Below the pieces are notes generated by a model. That model had not been told where the DNA came from. It made no database searches and was given only the letters and a program-made list of their open reading frames with translations. From positions 1 to 64,000 of IMG/VR virus record IMGVR_UViG_2840842423_000001: 64,000 nucleotides of DNA; one strand, given 5' to 3'. Source of the DNA: a virus (taxonomy: Duplodnaviria; Caudoviricetes). Position numbers and translations under genes: made by a program. Shown here piece by piece: positions 41,314 to 51,268 of the stretch (its first letter is position 1; the number at the start of each line of letters is the position of its first letter).

Positions 41314-42507
41314 TTAGTTCTTAAATTTGATTATGTATTCACATTCCATCCCAATCTCTTTATCAAACACAAAGAACTTTTGAGATGGTCTTCCACCATA
41401 TCTGCCTTGAGTAGCAAAATCATCATTTCCTATCATGGAAGAGTTGACACATACAGTAGTCACACCATGTTCTCTGGTATAGTTATGATGAATATGTCCT
41501 GAAAAAATGTAAGAAGGAATCACACCGACCAATTGTGGCAACCTAGTAACAGCTCTATCGGCTTGGTCAAAATTGCCATGTGTATAGATTACATCCTGAT
41601 CGAATATTTTGGCTACAATATATCCATCTTTATCGGTAATCATTTCAAGATTATCTAAATGGCTTAATCTAGCTTCTAAGAACCAAGGAACAAGGTACTC
41701 AAAGTTTTCAGTGATGCCGACTTCTGATTTCTTTCCTGCGCGACCATGGTTCCCAATCACATTATAGTAAACAATATTAGGAAACACATTGGCTAATTCA
41801 TTGATTGCTTCTGCTAGTCTTTCAGATACATACTTAATCTGTTCAATTAAATCTTCATTAGCTTGAACACGAGTAGATACATGAATAAAACCTGCAAGTA
41901 AATCTCCGAGTTGAGCAATATGTAGTGTTGAAATTTTATGCTGAATACCATGCTCAATAGTTTTATCAATCAACTCTCTAAGGCGTAGATTGAAGATATC
42001 CTTATTGTACCTGTTGGTATTGTTATCTATTTCCATTCCAAAATGCCAATCAGACCATAGAGACAATCCATGTTTTTCCTCATCTGAAACCATATGTATC
42101 GAGTTGTTCTGAGGAAGTGGCTTGACTTTCTCTAACTCGCCTACAGCATAACGTATGTCATCTTGAAGTTTCTCGAACCTAGCAGAGTTGCGAACCATCT
42201 TGCGATATTCACGTTTCTGATCTTGTTGACGAACCTTTTCTTTTTCTTGTTCAAGTCTGGCTTCTTCATATAGTTGTAGGCGTTCATCATCCAAGTTGTT
42301 CTGAAGTATGTAATCCCGCCATTTTTTGTATAGTGCATAATCCTTACGCCATTTACTCTCATCATAGCTCTTTCCAGAAGCCTCATTAAGTAAATTAGCT
42401 ATAGTATATTTGTCAATGTCGTAGTCATCTTGATTCTCAAAAAGACGAATGTGATAGCTATCAACACTTTCATCTTCACGTCTTTGCAAGTGCTCAGGTG
42501 TAATCAT
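41314..42507 (-). CDS. yonJ: Metallophosphoesterase (YonJ-like)
   Basis: SDWHFG, LGDLL, IGNHGR, THG, GHIHH motifs. Confidence 0.85.
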   Translation of the reverse strand: MITPEHLQRREDESVDSYHIRLFENQDDYDIDKYTIANLLNEASGKSYDESKWRKDYALYKKWRDYILQNNLDDERLQLYEEARLEQEKEKVRQQDQKREYRKMVRNSARFEKLQDDIRYAVGELEKVKPLPQNNSIHMVSDEEKHGLSLWSDWHFGMEIDNNTNRYNKDIFNLRLRELIDKTIEHGIQHKISTLHIAQLGDLLAGFIHVSTRVQANEDLIEQIKYVSERLAEAINELANVFPNIVYYNVIGNHGRAGKKSEVGITENFEYLVPWFLEARLSHLDNLEMITDKDGYIVAKIFDQDVIYTHGNFDQADRAVTRLPQLVGVIPSYIFSGHIHHNYTREHGVTTVCVNSSMIGNDDFATQGRYGGRPSQKFFVFDKEIGMECEYIIKFKN

Positions 42508-42716
42508 TATTCCACGTTTCCTTCGAGCACAACATCTTCCTTGATAGAGATATTGACTAAGCGACTAAGATCCTCCGTTGCAAACTCCCTTAAATGATCG
42601 GTCAATGAGAATGTTTCAGTTCCATCCTTTGTAACTTCATGAACTAAAATTTCTCCGTTTTCTTGAAATTCAATCGCTGCTTTTTGGAATGTAATATTGT
42701 TATTTAATTTCGCCAT
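42507..42716 (-). CDS. yonK: YonK-like small protein
   Basis: EVTKDGTETFSL...VNISIKED pattern; coupled to the yonJ-like gene. Confidence 0.7.
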   Translation of the reverse strand: MAKLNNNITFQKAAIEFQENGEILVHEVTKDGTETFSLTDHLREFATEDLSRLVNISIKEDVVLEGNVE

Positions 42717-42978
42717 ATATAATCATTCTCCCTTGTTATTCTAAGTTTATTTGACTTCATGTTTTTGTTATGTTATTATTTACTTTATAGTTCGCGTTTA
42801 ATGGTAGCGAAACACCAGTTTGAATCATCTGTTTTAATGGATGACAGAAAACCGCTTTGCAAGGTGTCTACTAAGGCAAGACCTCTCCACCTTATATAAA
42901 ATAAGGTAGTTAGAAAAACAATCTAACTACAACCACAAAATCGATATAAAGTCGAAAGTGGTGTAATACTATTTAGCT

Positions 42979-43629
42979 TTAAATCAATTCATCGGCATCG
43001 TTAGCCAAACGCCCTCTAAAATTCCAACTTAATTCACAAGTATGTGCATAATCTTTATTCTTAAAATGCTCTATGTAAGGTAAAAATCCACTATCTTGTA
43101 TTCTTTCTAGGTCGATTTGCCCCGTATGTCCGATCATAATTACAGTACAATCGTCATGTATCCTAGTTAACAATTTACGTAACTCTGATTTGGTAAAGTT
43201 TTGAACTTCGTCCAAAATAACTGTTTTATTTTTAATATTTGTACCTCTGGCGAATACATGCGACTTCGCTTCAACCCATGTGTTACCATTTTTAACGTTT
43301 TCAACATTTTCTTCCGTTGCAATAACCTTGTCTGGATGCTCGTTTATTTCAATCAACGCATCCTTGAGTGGTTGAATATATTTCATTTCTTTTTCTTCCA
43401 CAGACCCCGGTGTAAATCCAAGCGAATTTTCTTCCACTGGACTAAAAACATAAAGCAAATCTTTTCCGATAATCTTTGCACAAGCCACGGCTAATGTCGT
43501 TTTACCCGTTCCACTACGAGCGTTAACAATAGTCAGTTGATTATCTATAATTGAATCGACATACTCTTTTTGCTCATTTGTTAATTTATTTGCGTATCCG
43601 AATAGTAAATTATCCTTTGGTAGTGGCAT
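42979..43629 (-). CDS. phoH: PhoH-family ATPase
   Basis: SGTGKT, LGFTPGSVEEK, FARGTN, ILDEVQN, LLTRI, GHTGQIDL. Confidence 0.92.
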   Translation of the reverse strand: MPLPKDNLLFGYANKLTNEQKEYVDSIIDNQLTIVNARSGTGKTTLAVACAKIIGKDLLYVFSPVEENSLGFTPGSVEEKEMKYIQPLKDALIEINEHPDKVIATEENVENVKNGNTWVEAKSHVFARGTNIKNKTVILDEVQNFTKSELRKLLTRIHDDCTVIMIGHTGQIDLERIQDSGFLPYIEHFKNKDYAHTCELSWNFRGRLANDADELI

Positions 43630-43768
43630 ATAGTTGTCTCCTAAGTTTATTTAGGTATCAGTGAGTGGAAGGGGATTGTTTTTACCCCTTGCTTCCACTG
43701 TTAGACACTCTAGTTTGTATTGTATATTATCATATATTATTGTTTATCTATGGATTATATTTTATGTA

Positions 43769-44053
43769 TTATTTAACTAGTTCCTTCAAATGTTCTGAAG
43801 CCTTAAATTTTGGAGCCGTCTTAGCCTCAATTTGAATCTCAGATCCATCTTGTGGGTTCCTGCCTTTACGAGCAGCCTTCTCAACTGTGCCCAATTTACC
43901 TAGTCCACCCAACGGAACTTTTTTACCTTCCACAAGTGCATCTTCCACAGTCTCAAATACTCCAGCAATAACTTTCTCTGCCTCTACCTGTTTAATATTC
44001 AACTTTTCTGCTACTGCTTTCTTAAACTCATCTTTTTTCATGTTTACTGACAT
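43769..44053 (-). CDS. HU-family DNA-binding protein (YonN-like)
   Basis: GLGKL...AARKGRNPQDGSEIQIEAK..PKFKAS..LKELVK; ATG at 44053 after GGGAG. Confidence 0.92.
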   Translation of the reverse strand: MSVNMKKDEFKKAVAEKLNIKQVEAEKVIAGVFETVEDALVEGKKVPLGGLGKLGTVEKAARKGRNPQDGSEIQIEAKTAPKFKASEHLKELVK

Positions 44054-44134
44054 AATTGATCTTCTCCCTTTTTCTTCTAATATAATAGTATGTAACTCAC
44101 GTTTATAGACACCCACACCCGAGGGAAGTCATTC

Positions 44135-44176
44135 TGTCATGTCATGGAATCGAACCATGATACACCCTTCATAACA
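44135..44176 (-). ncRNA. tRNA-like minihelix (acceptor-like stem plus T arm), not a complete tRNA
   Basis: UGUUAUG pairs with CAUGACA, enclosing UCAUGG-UUCGAUU-CCAUGA; no D or anticodon arm. Confidence 0.55.
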
Positions 44177-44520
44177 TAATATAAACTTTCCAGCTAATCT
44201 GCCAAGCAGTACTCTCTGAGTCAACAAACAACCACTCATAGACTGTTAATCTTGGATTTTATCGAACTTATCAAATTTGATTCCTAAACTTTACATCAAA
44301 AGAGCTTTAATACTTAAACTTTAAGAAATGAGCTTGTAAACTTTGAGCTTTTATGCTCTTGGGTTTTTATTTGCCTTTATATCTCTGTTATCACACAGGA
44401 GTATAAAGCAAATACTATTTTAATAGACACTCTTCTCTAAAGTATGTAAGTTTTAGGACGTTGCCCACGCCCAAAGGGTGTTTTGATTTAGAAAGTTTCG
44501 ATTAACTGGAAGTTATATTA
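44177..44520 (-). ncRNA. Candidate structured RNA closed by a long terminal stem, with AAGYUY repeats
   Basis: UAAUAUAACUUCCAGUUAAUC pairs with GAUUAGCUGGAAAGUUUAUAUUA; internal long hairpin; seven AAG(C/U)U(C/U) units; no ORF. Confidence 0.6.
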
Positions 44521-44567
44521 AGTTAAATTTATATGTGTATAACCTATTATATGTTATTATTTATCTA

Positions 44568-45191
44568 TTATTCACTAACATTAATTGTAGTAATTGCGTT
44601 GCTCGTCGAGAGCACATGATCCACTTCCGTCAGAAAGTCTTCAATCTTCTGTTCCAACTTTTCAATCTGTGTCTTCAATCCAATAGGATCAATCAACTTA
44701 GCTTCATTTTGCTCCTTAAATGATTTCACTACTGAATCGGTTTGCTGCACATCAGTTTTAGCTTCTTTGCTAAACAAAGTTTCTAGATGCTTATCTAATC
44801 TACGATTCATGTCGTCATTAACATCATCTACACGACTAACAATTTGAGTGTAAGTATTTTTCAACCTATTTAACAAGTGTTCTTCATACTCAATAGAAGA
44901 TTTACGCTCAATTGCTTCTGCAACTGTGTATTTGACTCCTGCAATTTCAACCTTAGTAGTAGCGTTTGACATTACAATAGCTGATTTAACCTCATTTCTA
45001 CGTGCGATTAAATCATTGACTGAATCAAAGTCAGATTTAACCGTTTGTTCTAAATCCTCTTTTGTATCATATCCAGTCATTACCTTTTTACCAACTGAAT
45101 ATCCACCGAATATAGAATCACTGATTTTGCGTGAGATCCTTTTGTTGAGCATTTTGATTTCTGATAAGCTGCGTGTTATTGATATTTCCAT
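44568..45191 (-). CDS. Long coiled-coil protein, DIP1984/DUF6847-like
   Basis: ISITRSLSEIKMLNKRI, KSAIVMSNATTKV, TVAEAIERK, LIDP, EVDHVLSTSNAITTI; own promoter and RBS. Confidence 0.65.
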   Translation of the reverse strand: MEISITRSLSEIKMLNKRISRKISDSIFGGYSVGKKVMTGYDTKEDLEQTVKSDFDSVNDLIARRNEVKSAIVMSNATTKVEIAGVKYTVAEAIERKSSIEYEEHLLNRLKNTYTQIVSRVDDVNDDMNRRLDKHLETLFSKEAKTDVQQTDSVVKSFKEQNEAKLIDPIGLKTQIEKLEQKIEDFLTEVDHVLSTSNAITTINVSE

Positions 45192-45257
45192 ATAAAACAT
45201 CTCCTTTTTATTCTTTGAATTTTATTTGTTGATAAGCAACTATCTGATTCTATATAC

Positions 45258-45286
45258 ATTATACAATATTATTTACTTATAGTCAA
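45258..45286 (-). promoter_or_regulatory. sigma-A promoter
   Basis: TTGACT-17 nt-TATAAT. Confidence 0.8.
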
Positions 45287-45429
45287 CTAGATTTGAAAAT
45301 TCTTTTAAAAAAGTTTTGTGAGATGGTTTTGTGAGATAGCCTACTAATAATAGAGTAATCTCCTCTTCATATATAAATAATATATGAGAGTCGTTATTTC
45401 TTAGCAATATCAAGGAATTTAGAGCTTTC

Positions 45430-46245
45430 CTACTCCGTTACATTGCGATAACGACGGACTCTTTTTGCTGTTTTAATTCTTTCAATTTCTTTTTTACATT
45501 TATCACAATACTTTGTGCTATTAGATTTTACTCTGATGGGTACTTCGCATTCTTCACACTCTTTAACATTCTTCACACCCTTGTGTAAATCATAGTACAG
45601 ACCAATATTTTCATAATCTACAATCTTTAAAGATTCATTGCCACTTTCAGAAATCTCATTAATAAACACTAGCTTGATCATTCCTTGGTTTAATACTTCA
45701 ACCAAACCTAAACTGCTAAAATATCTAACAACATCATTGATATTACTGTAACCATCTTTCTTCATCATAGTGCTTGTTACTTGAGATGATTTAACCAGCT
45801 CATTGTATTTACGTAATGGATTCCCAAAAATATGTTCACTGTTAGGCTCTTTACCTGTTTTAATGTTATAAGATTCCATACTCAATTTATCCAAAACGAG
45901 TAAAGTAAAAATAATCTTCCTATATTTGTAATCTATTTTCAGTTTATCTATGTAATTCAATTCTTCTTTTGTAACAACTATTTTCTCAATTTCTACTAAT
46001 TTATTCTTCTTATTTGAAGCATGATTTAAAGCGGCGTTGATTGCTTGATAATACTTGACTCTGTTATAACCTTCAATGTTTTTCTCACAGAAATCATACA
46101 ATGCAATCCTACGATCTTTTCTCTCTTTATCCTCTACATCTCTGTAATACTTTGCAAGAACCCTCATTCCTGATTTTAAAAATTTTCCTTGAAATCCTTC
46201 TTTTAATATTCTTTCGGCATGTGTCTTTTGGTTATACTCATACAA
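45430..46245 (-). CDS. Hypothetical protein with C-terminal Zn finger, coupled to the RNAP gene
   Basis: CEEC...YCDKC followed by a basic tail; starts 1 nt after the RNAP stop. Confidence 0.75.
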   Translation of the reverse strand: MYEYNQKTHAERILKEGFQGKFLKSGMRVLAKYYRDVEDKERKDRRIALYDFCEKNIEGYNRVKYYQAINAALNHASNKKNKLVEIEKIVVTKEELNYIDKLKIDYKYRKIIFTLLVLDKLSMESYNIKTGKEPNSEHIFGNPLRKYNELVKSSQVTSTMMKKDGYSNINDVVRYFSSLGLVEVLNQGMIKLVFINEISESGNESLKIVDYENIGLYYDLHKGVKNVKECEECEVPIRVKSNSTKYCDKCKKEIERIKTAKRVRRYRNVTE

Positions 46246-46246
46246 T

Positions 46247-49033
46247 CTATAACTCCACCTTTCTTAGATTGTAACGTTTGTTTAAATATGTAAAACTTCC
46301 AGTCTCATCCTCTACAGGAACACAGATTTCCTTAGTATTACTCTTGATGTTCTGGTATATTTGTTCACCATATATATTCCACAATATATCTTTATTGAAC
46401 TTTCCTTCATCCACATAAAACATATAAATAAGATAGTCTACAGCTTCAACTACATTAGAACAAACTTCATTCATTTCCTTTTTGAATTTTTCATAATGTC
46501 CTATTATTGATATGTATTTTTCTTCGTCGAATCCGTCTTTCTTTGATGAACTATTTAGAAAAGCAAAGCTACTAACGTTGCTTCTGTATCGAGAGTATAC
46601 TTCAACTACTTTCTTATATTTGTCTTCATCTACTCCACTAAAATCACTACTCATCAACAACTGGTGATAAACTTCTTCATTTTTACTCACGATATTCTTA
46701 ATCTTAAAGTCAACTGTCTCGATATATCTACATAGATTGTTCATGACACACTCACTATCATTGACAGGAGAGTATTTTTCAAACAAGTGTAAGAAATCAA
46801 TTTGCTCTTTAGTCTTTCTTTTTAATGATTTAAGTTCTTCTAATGTCATACCAAATTTCTGTTGTGTAGAAACATCATATTTTTTATAATGAGTCTTATA
46901 TTTTCTTTTTGTGTCAGGATAGAGATACGTAAAGAAATATGGATGTTTATCAAGTAAAATACTATTCAAAAATTCCTTTTCGTCCTTGACGCTATCAACA
47001 TCAACACCATTCACCTTTTGATATTTAGTCCAAGGGGAGGGGATACCTTTCACGTTCTCTCCAATTTTTGCTTTATCTATCTGGGCAGACTGCAATTTTG
47101 TACACATGCGGATTCGGTTTAAAGTCACATCATACTCATCTGTGCCTTCTTTTAACTCTGAAAGTAATGCGTACCCAGATGTACTCTTATTTGTTATTGA
47201 GCCGATTATAGAACCGAAACTAAATAAATCTGACTTATATAACGCTTCTTCTGTTAAAATCTGTTTTTCCGGTTTAGGTGCTTCATATACAACAGGTAAT
47301 TCATCCTGATAAACTCCACTAATAACTGTTGGATCAGATGTTGTTGCTAAAATATCATAATCAAAATCCGATCCTGCCCACCTTACAGTTTCATCACCAT
47401 GTATGTTTACGAGGATTCCCGTATAACAATATTTGTACCATTCATTCAGATTTTTACTTTCTTTTAAATCCAACAAAACATGCTCGCTGCGATAGGTGAG
47501 GGGAGACCTCATCGAATCCACTTTCTTAACACCTTTTTTATTCCAGTAGTTTGAATAGTATTCTCCTGCACCCAACAATCCTGTAACATCATCATGACCA
47601 CAAACGTGTTGCATTTGAGCATAGGGATCGCTTACTATAACTTGGAAATTCCCATCTACAATGATGTCTCCAAGGCAGGCACGTTGGATCTTTCGTTTAA
47701 CCATGTCATGAATTTTACGTTTTATATATTTGTCGTTAATCAAGTTGTGGTTTAGCAATAATGATTTAACCCAATAGTTTTCACCATGATTTATTAATCT
47801 ATCAATTTTTTCTTCTGTAACATTCTCACCCATCAAAAACAGAAGGGTGTAGTATATATTTTCTGAGCTAATTCCTGTAATCCAATCCACAAACTTTTCA
47901 GATACTTTTTCTATGTCTTTTTTGTTTAAATTTAAAGTCTGCATAAACTGATAATTCATGGACAATATATCTTTATCTTGTTTAGGAGTATATAATGTAA
48001 CTCCCCATTTCAAATTATTATCTTCACAGTTCTTTTCATACACTTCAATAGAAGGAAACGAGTCCCATAATTTAAACTGACTTTCTGATAAAATTACATC
48101 GATGTCTCTAAGATCAGCGGTAATAGGATTTTCACCTTCGTCTTTATAGGATGTATTAATTGTGTAATTTCCACTATTTTCTTCTTCACAAAATTTATGT
48201 ATATCAAAAGTACAAAGCATTCCTTTAATGTAGTTTTGGCGTATACACCATTGAGCTGGTACATAGTCTAATTCCAACTCCTTTGCCCACTTCTTCGATT
48301 GTTCTACACTTATTAAACCTTGACCGTCAAAACGGTCAAATAACTCAGTGATTGTTGTTTCTTCCATAGTGTCATCTTTGTCCCAATCATCGTTTTCTGT
48401 TACAAAGTGCGCATTAAACTCTGTTTTGCTCTCGTAGTCTGGAACTAAGGCGAATCTCGGTGTAGGTACAACTTTAGTGCTTGAGCCAGCTAACCCCTTA
48501 TATGCATTAAATTTGCTTGGAGCCATTGGAATGGTTTTATCTCTACCATTGTCCATGATTCTGTGCAATTCCTTTACAGTTTTTTCTTCGCAAAAAGTTA
48601 CCGTAGAGGTTCTAGATTGACTAGCAGAAGAGTTAAACCTCTTATATATCTTCCCGTTTAGCCGCAAACCGTTTTTGTACAAGTGAGTGTAGTGGCTATT
48701 ATGATCCATTACAATTGTAATGTATTCCGGCATGTATAGAACTTTATTAATTTTATCTTGTATAGATTGAATTTTTGCAACATTGCTATCTGAATGTTCC
48801 TGTTTTCTTAAGTAGTTTCTTTTCTTGTGCAGTCCTTCTAAATTATCATAATCAATTTCTCTTTTATGTATATCTCTTATTGAACGCAATACTTGGCTAT
48901 CAAACAACGCAATCACTTCGTTATTCTCTTTTGCTTCGTCAAAGGTTAGGTTGATGTCATAATCGAATTCTTTTAACCTCGAAGACTTGAATTTAAATGT
49001 GTAGAATTGTCTGGTTTTCAATAATTCATGCAC
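46247..49033 (-). CDS. yonO: Single-subunit two-barrel RNA polymerase (YonO / eukaryotic RdRP-like)
   Basis: SASQSR, FDGQG, CIR...KGML, MRSP, GSDFDYD, IGSITN, QIDKAK motifs; position at the head of the late cluster. Confidence 0.88.
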   Translation of the reverse strand: MHELLKTRQFYTFKFKSSRLKEFDYDINLTFDEAKENNEVIALFDSQVLRSIRDIHKREIDYDNLEGLHKKRNYLRKQEHSDSNVAKIQSIQDKINKVLYMPEYITIVMDHNSHYTHLYKNGLRLNGKIYKRFNSSASQSRTSTVTFCEEKTVKELHRIMDNGRDKTIPMAPSKFNAYKGLAGSSTKVVPTPRFALVPDYESKTEFNAHFVTENDDWDKDDTMEETTITELFDRFDGQGLISVEQSKKWAKELELDYVPAQWCIRQNYIKGMLCTFDIHKFCEEENSGNYTINTSYKDEGENPITADLRDIDVILSESQFKLWDSFPSIEVYEKNCEDNNLKWGVTLYTPKQDKDILSMNYQFMQTLNLNKKDIEKVSEKFVDWITGISSENIYYTLLFLMGENVTEEKIDRLINHGENYWVKSLLLNHNLINDKYIKRKIHDMVKRKIQRACLGDIIVDGNFQVIVSDPYAQMQHVCGHDDVTGLLGAGEYYSNYWNKKGVKKVDSMRSPLTYRSEHVLLDLKESKNLNEWYKYCYTGILVNIHGDETVRWAGSDFDYDILATTSDPTVISGVYQDELPVVYEAPKPEKQILTEEALYKSDLFSFGSIIGSITNKSTSGYALLSELKEGTDEYDVTLNRIRMCTKLQSAQIDKAKIGENVKGIPSPWTKYQKVNGVDVDSVKDEKEFLNSILLDKHPYFFTYLYPDTKRKYKTHYKKYDVSTQQKFGMTLEELKSLKRKTKEQIDFLHLFEKYSPVNDSECVMNNLCRYIETVDFKIKNIVSKNEEVYHQLLMSSDFSGVDEDKYKKVVEVYSRYRSNVSSFAFLNSSSKKDGFDEEKYISIIGHYEKFKKEMNEVCSNVVEAVDYLIYMFYVDEGKFNKDILWNIYGEQIYQNIKSNTKEICVPVEDETGSFTYLNKRYNLRKVEL

Positions 49034-49056
49034 TCCTTTATTAAATATAATATTGT

Positions 49057-50889
49057 TTATCTATTTTGTTTTTGCTTACGTTTCTTTCTACATGACTTGC
49101 AACGTTTTGGTAAATTGAATCCCTTGTTTAGATAGAATTTTATCTCGCCAGCCTTTAATAGAATGTTTTTGTTACATTCTTTGCACATAATGTTGAGATC
49201 ATGTTGAATTAAGCTTAAAATCGTACTCATTAATTCCGACTCATAATCATCGATTTCCTTAATTTTCTCTCTGTCCAATATATTGTTCTCACCAATAACT
49301 GTTCTTCCGAAATACAAGTTATCTTTATGAATATATAAAATGGGACGGATTAAACTCAATCTATAATAATTGTCGATCAGCTTGTGGATTCTTATCTCTA
49401 TCAAACTCTCAGAATAATATTTACATTCCAACGAGTAGTTCACATTCCTACTTTTGATGACGCGTTTTCGTCTTTTACGTCCTGTTTTAGCTTTTTCTTC
49501 ATAAATGTCTATAAACTTTATTTTGCGACACATGATATCCATCTCTTGTAGTATGCCTTCCAATTCGTTTATGTTATCGAATTTATCTACATTGTTTACA
49601 TATCCATCTATTTTTTTATCATCAAGATATTCAATAATGGAAAAGTAATCATTTGAATGAGCAATTTCTTTAGGGATTTCAATACCAATTATTGTGCGTG
49701 AACCATAACAGAAGTCAGCACGCATAGTCTGAAAGTTTAATCGCAGATTGTATCTTTTGTCGATTTGTTTGTATTTCTCTTCAATATAGTTAATTGCATT
49801 TAGTAGCACGCTGTTGTTTTTGGAAATGGCAATATCCTTTTGAATTTGCTCTTTCTTTTTGATTTCAATAATTATATTTCTTACACTATCGTTAATTTCA
49901 TTAGCTGTATATTTCAAAATATCATAACCTTTATAAAAGCCACTTTCGTTGCGAATCTCAATCTTCTTTGTCCAGTATTTCGTAGCCCAAGAATTCACAA
50001 AACCAGACTTTTCAGCATAATAACCACTTTTTTCTGAGTTATATTCTCTTAGCAATTCGTTGAAAACTACTTCTTGTTTATAGTTTAAGTAATCTTTATA
50101 TACATTAGCGCAGCTTTGTTTATTTAGTATGTGATAAACCAAATCCTTTTCTTCACCATCAATTACATCAATAACCAAAGTCAAATGCTCAATATCGACT
50201 TCACCTTTCTTGTACCTGAAAACATCTTCCCAAAACCAATCCAACTTTTTAACTCTTTCTTTAGCATTTCTCCTAACACCACTGCTCATCAACTCTTCCT
50301 TATATTTACCAATCGTATTATAATAAGTATCATTTCTCTTAGTATTAAAACACTTTCCATTATAAAACAATGCCTTAAACTTAGGTATTTCATCTTGCTT
50401 CATCAAACTTTTTACATCTACTTCAACCACAATATTCTTTAATTCCAACCACATATCTAAATAATCTTTAACCTTCTTCTGATTTGAATAGTTCATCTCA
50501 AAGTATATTGTTTCTCCACATTCAGTCTCAATGGTCATATCAGGTCTATAAACACCATCTTCTACATCATGTGGCTGCTCTACAGACACATTTTTACACA
50601 CATATTCTCTTTCCTTATCTGCTATAACAGTGAATGTATCACCAGATTCTAAGAATCTATGCTTGAACCACCAGTGAATCATTGTCTCTGAACTACATTT
50701 ACTTGCATCCACATGTGCAAAATGTGGTGTAATTCGCTTTGATTCAATTGCTTTTGGCTTCAAATCTGATCCACATATTGGACAGTTATATGTATTGTGC
50801 TTGTTCTTTTTATCAACTTCATTTATCGTTATTATATTTTTTGCTTCATCTCTAGCAAACCATAGTTTTACATTTTCATAACTCAACAC
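49057..50889 (-). CDS. CoiA-like nuclease-domain protein with C-terminal zinc ribbon
   Basis: YNCPICG...PHFAH...SETMIH...K; VEQ...YRPDMTI...YFEM; C-terminal CKEC...EIKFY..KGFNLPKRCKSCR. Confidence 0.7.
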   Translation of the reverse strand: MLSYENVKLWFARDEAKNIITINEVDKKNKHNTYNCPICGSDLKPKAIESKRITPHFAHVDASKCSSETMIHWWFKHRFLESGDTFTVIADKEREYVCKNVSVEQPHDVEDGVYRPDMTIETECGETIYFEMNYSNQKKVKDYLDMWLELKNIVVEVDVKSLMKQDEIPKFKALFYNGKCFNTKRNDTYYNTIGKYKEELMSSGVRRNAKERVKKLDWFWEDVFRYKKGEVDIEHLTLVIDVIDGEEKDLVYHILNKQSCANVYKDYLNYKQEVVFNELLREYNSEKSGYYAEKSGFVNSWATKYWTKKIEIRNESGFYKGYDILKYTANEINDSVRNIIIEIKKKEQIQKDIAISKNNSVLLNAINYIEEKYKQIDKRYNLRLNFQTMRADFCYGSRTIIGIEIPKEIAHSNDYFSIIEYLDDKKIDGYVNNVDKFDNINELEGILQEMDIMCRKIKFIDIYEEKAKTGRKRRKRVIKSRNVNYSLECKYYSESLIEIRIHKLIDNYYRLSLIRPILYIHKDNLYFGRTVIGENNILDREKIKEIDDYESELMSTILSLIQHDLNIMCKECNKNILLKAGEIKFYLNKGFNLPKRCKSCRKKRKQKQNR

Positions 50890-50913
50890 TTTACCTCCTT
50901 ATTTATGGTATTA

Positions 50914-51126
50914 TTAATCTATTAGATAACCATACAACTCCCAATCAAACTCACTCACATAATCTTCATTATAGCTATCCCATCTAATACTACTTATACC
51001 ATTCTCACTTTTATCTTCACCAACCTCATCATCCCATCCAAATCTCTCATCCTCACACAAACCACTACGTCTCAAATGTTCTTCATATTTTTTATCAATC
51101 TCTAATTGTGAATCTTCCCAAATCAT
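50914..51126 (-). CDS. Small acidic hypothetical protein
   Basis: 70-aa ORF downstream of a consensus promoter. Confidence 0.5.
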   Translation of the reverse strand: MIWEDSQLEIDKKYEEHLRRSGLCEDERFGWDDEVGEDKSENGISSIRWDSYNEDYVSEFDWELYGYLID

Positions 51127-51239
51127 GTCGTACTCACCATATCCTTTTCCCCTTTTCCTCTATGTAGTATAGTATGTTATTATATATCTATTGGTCACTC
51201 AAATTTAATTAACTGGCTCCTAACATTCTATCTATATAC

Positions 51240-51268
51240 ATTATATAATATTATTTCATTATAGTCAA
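51240..51268 (-). promoter_or_regulatory. sigma-A promoter of the nuclease-yonO operon
   Basis: TTGACT-17 nt-TATAAT; nearly identical to the promoter at 45258-45286. Confidence 0.8.

Noticed and set aside
44135-44176. A complete tRNA gene
   Set aside because: Only 9 nt link the stems; no D or anticodon arm and no CCA
44264-44351. CRISPR array or type III antitoxin repeat array
   Set aside because: Units are only 6-7 nt with irregular spacing; no cas or ToxN-like gene nearby
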